The notes below the pieces were generated by a model. That model did not search any database. It saw only the letters and a program-made list of their open reading frames with translations, and had not been told where the DNA came from. Positions 8,691 through 13,762 of a stretch of DNA of 13,762 nucleotides are shown here, in pieces (position 1 is the stretch's first letter; every line of letters starts with the position of its first letter). Origin of the DNA: Octopus sinensis. Taxonomy: Eukaryota. The stretch lies in the NCBI RefSeq assembly GCF_006345805.1, contig NW_021825940.1, positions 1 to 13,762 of the forward strand, read 5' to 3'. The translations under genes and the position numbers were made by a program.

Positions 8691-9294
8691 ATATCAGTAA
8701 GTGTTCCACTCTTTATATTTGTTCAGATCGATAATGGCTTGCGTGTGTACGGTTTCGAACCTAGATAATCAGATTTGAAAATCCACAAAGTAGCCTCCCA
8801 CACTACTATCGAACATGCGTCCTCAATTCTGCTTAGCTTCGTAATACAGAAAAGCGTTTCTTAAATTTTAAACTTAACGATTTTTTTTTCCATTAATCCT
8901 TAGAAAGAACTTATGTAGAATTTAATCCGTAAGTTAATTCCTTTAGTTAATTCCTTAGGCTACACTATATTAAATTTCTGTTATTGAAGACTTCTGCCCT
9001 CAAGACTTTCTCCTATTTTTTATTCTATGTATTTTGGTTTATAACACAAACAAAAAAAAACATATTCAATAGAAAAGGCGATAAGTTTCGATTTTGTTGG
9101 CAAATATTCTGTGGATGTTTAAATGAGATTAAATTTCGCTTTTATCATTATTTTTCAGCAGGAGTTAAATCGATCCTTATGGCGAACGCTAATAATTTCT
9201 TTCAATTCAATATCTCCTTCTTTCATTTTCGTGGTTAGTAGTTCGTATTCTGATTATCACGAATGCTTCGTGGTATATTAGTTTCAAATATATA

Positions 9295-9436
9295 TGTATG
9301 TATGATTGTATGTATGTAGGTTTGTAGGTATGTATGTATGTATGTATGTATGTAGTATGTATGTATGTATGTATGTATGTGTGTATGTGTGTATGTATGT
9401 ATGTATGTATGTACGTGTGTATGTATGTATGTTTAT
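9295..9436. repeat. (TATG)n microsatellite
   Basis: Directly visible. Confidence 0.95.
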
Positions 9437-9877
9437 TAGAATGGAGGATAGAAGGATTCCTAAGCAGATGCTCTATGGAGAACTTGTGAATGGAAGGAGA
9501 CTCCGGCAGAAACCAAGGCTGCGATTTAAGGACTGTGTCAAGTCCTCATTAAAGGCTTGTGATATGCAGGACACTGACTGGGAGAACAATGCCTGTCATC
9601 ACCACAAATGGAGGAAGCAGGTTAAGGAGGGGATCGACACGTTTGAGAGAGCACGTATCCAGCACGAAGAACTTAAGCGAACTGCACGAAAGCGCACGGC
9701 TCGTATAGTGAATGGGGAAAGCTTGGTCTGCAATGTTTGCAGTCGTGTATGCTTGTCAAGAGCAGGGCTCATTAGCCACCAACGGTGCCGCAAATGCAAA
9801 ATATAGGTTAGTCCTAGAGCGCACAATGTTCCTGAAGGTCGGCAATGGTCTTCCTCGGTCACGAGTGGACGGCCATC
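9437..9877 (+). mobile_element. 5'-truncated RTE-clade LINE (ORF C-terminus plus 3' UTR) with 12-bp TSD
   Basis: RMEDRRIPKQMLYGELVNGRRLRQKPRLRFKDCVKSSLK...W...W...CNVCSRVCLSRAGLISHQR (9438-9806) is a typical RTE/BovB post-RT region with a terminal zinc-finger-like motif. ATGTATGTTTAT is duplicated at 9425-9436 and 9878-9889. Confidence 0.9.
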
Positions 9878-9889
9878 ATGTATGTTTAT

Positions 9890-10045
9890 ATTTGTGTGTC
9901 TGTCTTTGTCACCCCACCATCGCTTGACAACCGATGGTTCGAAAAAAAGATGTTGATTGAACAAGTACCAGGCTTACAAAGAACAAGTACTGGAGTCGAT
10001 GTTTTCGACTAAAGGCGGTGTTCCAGTATGGCCGTAGTCCAATGA
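9890..10045 (+). mobile_element. SINE body/tail module B with internal deletion
   Basis: CCCCACCATCGCTTGACAACCGAT...AGGCTTACAAAGAACAAGT...AAAGGCGGTGTTCCAGTATGGCCG matches 4900-5125. Confidence 0.78.
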
Positions 10046-10047
10046 GA

Positions 10048-10250
10048 TTGAGCGTGACACAGAGTGTGACAAGGCTGACCCCTTTGAAATTCAGGTAGTA
10101 CTGTTTGTTTTTTTTTGTCAGTTGAGTGGATTGGAGCAACGTGAATTAAAGTGTTTTGCTCAAGGACACAACGCATCGCTGGGAATGGAACTCATGACCT
10201 TTCAATCGTGAGTCGAATACCCTAACCATTAAGCCACGCACCTTCACATA
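10048..10250 (-). mobile_element. tRNA-derived SINE (type D)
   Basis: Minus-strand A box TGGCTTAATGG (10236-10226) and B-box-like GAGTTCCATTCC (10193-10182), then GTTGTGTCCTTGAGCAAAACACTT, a common SINE central motif. There is no tRNA acceptor stem, so this is not a tRNA gene. Confidence 0.75.
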
Positions 10251-10366
10251 TGTCAATATATGTATATGTACACGCGGCAACTCTATAGACACAGTTGCAT
10301 TTAATATAAATACATACACTATATAGACACACACACACATATACATGCACACAAACATATATATGC

Positions 10367-10413
<47 letters not shown>

Positions 10414-10438
10414 TATATATATGTATATGCATATATAT

Positions 10439-10715
10439 ATATTGTTATATTCGGAATGGTCATATTGCCAGTTTAGCCAATAAAAACACACGCACTATAT
10501 ATTTGGTGTTATTTTGCTTCAGTGATATTTATTTTTTACATTAATCTTAATCTTATTTCGGCCAAAGTTCTTTCGTCACACTCCTGTGACCGCATCAGTG
10601 GTCCTTTGTTTTCTTCTCACTGTGTCTCTCCTTACTAACCGTCAGCCATTTTGTATTTCTATTGTATTTTTATTGGCTAAACTGGCAATATGACCATTCC
10701 GAAATATAACAATAT
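10439..10715. mobile_element. element bounded by 48/49-bp inverted repeats with a central hammerhead-like motif (Penelope-like terminus or MITE-like)
   Basis: 10439-10486 is the reverse complement of 10667-10715 apart from a 1-nt indel. Confidence 0.8.
10560..10604 (-). ncRNA. minimal type-I hammerhead-like motif (core variant A9C)
   Basis: Minus strand reads GGACCA-CUGAUGC-G-GUCACA-GGAG-UGUGAC-GAAA-GAAC-UU-UGGCC. Stem II is a perfect 6 bp, stem I is ACC/GGU plus a further G-C, stem III AGAACU is near-palindromic. Confidence 0.52.
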
Positions 10716-10769
10716 CTGTTTCAACACACGACTTCACATAAAAAATCTTGCACAACAAATATTTAAACG

Positions 10770-11010
10770 TACATATATATATATATGCATATATATATAT
10801 ATATATACATATATAAATGTATATGCATATATATGTATACATATATATATAGTGTGTGTATATGTATTTATATATGCATATATATATGTATATATATATA
10901 TATGTGTGTGTATATATATATATACGTATAGATATATGAGTATATATATATATATATATATGTATATAGATTTATATATATATATATAGATAGATACATA
11001 TACATACATA
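10770..11010. repeat. degenerate (TA)n tract
   Basis: Directly visible. Confidence 0.93.
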
Positions 11011-11413
11011 GAAACACACAGGCTGTAAAGTAATCACAGACACAAATACACACACATACATATATACACGCAAGCACGCACACACGAGCGCGCGCACTCA
11101 CGCACACAGCGCGCGTGCACACGTTCCTTCAAGTTTCCGTCCCAATTAAAGTAAACATTTTCGAATTAAATACATATCAGACTCAATCCAAGAATAGTTC
11201 CAAAGTTTGGTCTTTGGTGCAGTTTAGAAACGGAATGTTTATACAAGTGGTTTCACTTCTGAGCTTTCTTCTTTCGTTTGTAATTGTGGTTTTAATGCAG
11301 TTAGGGGGGTTCTGTGTTCTTTGATTTCGTCCGTCATCTAGGTGGGTGTATACATAGATGTATACATACACACTCACGCGCGTGTACACAAAGGCACACA
11401 AATATCTGTAGGC

Positions 11414-11457
<44 letters not shown>

Positions 11458-11649
11458 CACAGATATATATAAATGTTATTTTATACAGATATATTTATAT
11501 ATAATCAAACACGCACACCTATATATTTATTTATACACACGCATATATACACATATAGGGACAGATATATACACAAGCCGAACACTGCAACAGTATTCCA
11601 TAGACACCCACACCCAGTCTCAAGCATACGATTATTTACTCCAGTTAAT

Positions 11650-11772
11650 GTATGCGTGTGTGTATGCATGTATGTATGTATGGTTTATGTATGTATGTAT
11701 GTATGTATGTATGTATGTATGTATGTATGTGTTGTATGTATGTATGTATGTATGTATGTATGAATGAATGAA
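11650..11772. repeat. (TATG)n microsatellite
   Basis: Directly visible. Confidence 0.95.
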
Positions 11773-11879
11773 TACATAAATAGATAGAGGCAGAGAGGCA
11801 TGCTGAAATTTAGATTTAGTTCTTCGATTCAATTATCCATGTATATGCACTTAAATTCATTCATATGTACGTACAAACA

Positions 11880-12061
11880 TATATTCATATATATATATCT
11901 ATATAATATATATATATATGTGTGTGTGTGTGTTATATATATTATATATATATATATATGTGTTGTGTATATATATATATGCATATATATACATACATTA
12001 TATAATCTATATATATGTATATATATATATGTATATATATAGATATCTATATATATATATC

Positions 12062-12118
<57 letters not shown>

Positions 12119-12125
12119 ACACACA
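11880..12125. repeat. degenerate (TA)n tract
   Basis: Directly visible. Confidence 0.93.
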
Positions 12126-12423
12126 TACGTACGCACATGCAAATATAGAAACAGAAAGACATTTACCACACTAATTTTATTTTCTACTTTGCGAAAAGTA
12201 ACCTCGAAGTCTTGAAAAATTTTGTTCTCCGATTTAGAATGCTTGCAATATTATTATTATTGTTGTTTTGTTTTTGTTGTTGTTGTTGTTGTTGTTGTCA
12301 TCGCCGTTGTTTTTGTTGTTCTTACTATTGTTAATGTTCGTTTTAAATTCTTTTTTCCTAATCTATTCTGAGGCCGTCTTTATCGTAAAAGATCTTATTC
12401 TGAGAAGTTTCTATGTAATACCT

Positions 12424-12501
12424 AGTTTCTTATACCAGATCAAAAACCTTTCCGTCCTAACTGTGCTTCAACGTTATTTACACACAAACAACCACACACC
12501 T

Positions 12502-12539
<38 letters not shown>

Positions 12540-12700
12540 GATATATATATATATATAGTGAGAGATGGAGAAATAGATACATATATAAGCACATAAACAT
12601 ATATATCCATATATATGTAATATATTATATCTATATATATATACATATATATGGATATATGTTTATGTGCTTATATATGTATCTATTCTCCATCTCTCAC

Positions 12701-12754
<54 letters not shown>

Positions 12755-12826
12755 TGTGTGTGTTTGTGTGTAAATAACGTGAAGCACAGTTAGGACGGAA
12801 AGGTTTTGATCTGGTATAAGAAAACT
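12424..12826. repeat. ~400-bp near-perfect palindrome centred at about 12630
   Basis: TTTCTTATACCAGATCAAAAACCTTTCCGTCCTAACTGTGCTTCAACGTTATTTACACACAAAC and TAGTGAGAGATGGAGAAATAGATAC... are mirrored at 12642-12826. Differences are mostly 1-2 nt indels in runs. Confidence 0.92.
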
Positions 12827-12829
12827 TAT

Positions 12830-13057
12830 ATATATATATATAAACATATATCCATATATATGTATATATATATATGATATAGAATATATATATAAACATA
12901 TATATCCATATATATGTATATTAGAATATATATATATAAACATATATATCTATATATATAGATATATATATCCATATATATATATCCGTATACATATATC
13001 CATATATATACATATATCGTATACTATATATATCATATCCATATATATATATATAAT

Positions 13058-13097
<40 letters not shown>

Positions 13098-13434
13098 TAT
13101 ATATATATATATATATCATCCATATATATATATCCTAGATATATATATATATATCCATATATATATATACAGCTGCATCGAACAGCTATCTAATACAGCT
13201 GCATCGAACTCTCCCATGCACCAAATAGCAGTTGCTAGAAAGCCTCCATGAAGTGAAACCAAGTAGCAACACCAAATGGCGGTGCCCCAGCATGGCCACA
13301 GCTCATAAGCTGAAACTAGAATCATCAATCAATCAATCAATATCCATATATATATATATATATATATAATATCTATATATATATATATATATGTCCATAT
13401 ATATATATATATCCATATATATACACACACAACA

Positions 13435-13472
<38 letters not shown>

Positions 13473-13625
13473 CTTGATGTATATTTTGTGTGTATATATA
13501 TATATGTTTATATTTGTGTTATATATTAATATATATATAGATATATATATATATATATATATAATATATATATATAATATATATATGTATATATATATAT
13601 ATACGTATGGTATATATGTATGTAT
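12830..13625. repeat. degenerate (TA)n/ATATCC low-complexity region interrupted by 13167-13340
   Basis: Directly visible. Confidence 0.9.
13276..13340 (+). mobile_element. SINE B-like 3' tail followed by (ATCA)n
   Basis: GGCGGTGCCCCAGCATGGCCACAGCTCATAAGCTGAAAC resembles the GGCGGTGCTC...GCCGCAGTC...GAAAC tail of the type B copies. Confidence 0.6.
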
Positions 13626-13762
13626 ACTTTCATATTTGATAGGTTACGCGCCAGTATTGGCATCAGGCCATGTTTAACTTAATAGCACCACCTTCCGAAG
13701 TCATTCGAATCAAGAATCGGACAATATGACCGACACGAGTAGAGAGTTACTGTTTTACGGAG

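Noticed and set aside
8735-8810. Minus-strand GGTTCGAAACC (8761-8751) as a tRNA gene
   Set aside because: It is an isolated B box with no cloverleaf. Possibly an old SINE head.
9159-9233. Possible 75-nt exon (TTTTTCAG acceptor, GTTAGT donor; QELNRSLWRTLIISF...)
   Set aside because: The peptide is unrecognisable and such sites are common by chance in AT-rich DNA. RNA-seq would be needed.
10642-12215. Many Y/I/C/V-rich ORFs here and across the window
   Set aside because: They are artefacts of (TA)n, (TG)n and (TATG)n, which lack stop codons.
13167-13209. 17-bp direct repeat ATACAGCTGCATCGAAC with a 9-nt spacer as CRISPR-like or TSD
   Set aside because: There are only two copies with a very short spacer, in a eukaryotic and possibly noisy region. 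A local slippage duplication is more likely.

Overview
This is AT-rich, microsatellite-dense animal genomic DNA, intergenic or intronic. The repeat families resemble those I recall from Octopus, which is an inference from memory. I find no host protein-coding gene, rRNA, true tRNA or CRISPR array, and nearly all listed ORFs are translations of (TA)n, (TATG)n, (GATA)n or (GAT)n tracts. The window holds tRNA-derived SINEs of three types, one of them a composite with an internal microsatellite that hosts nested insertions. It also holds a 5'-truncated RTE-clade LINE with a 12-bp TSD, a frameshifted hAT transposase fragment and a frameshifted Penelope-type GIY-YIG remnant. The ORF track shows the last two only as pieces in different frames. 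The most interesting signal is four minimal type-I hammerhead-ribozyme-like motifs of the kind known from Penelope-like elements. Two sit divergently in the arms of a ~470-bp palindrome, with an enlarged stem II that contains a second, collapsed core. One lies between 48/49-bp inverted repeats. A ~400-bp palindrome near 12.6 kb whose arms differ almost only by small indels may be an assembly artefact.
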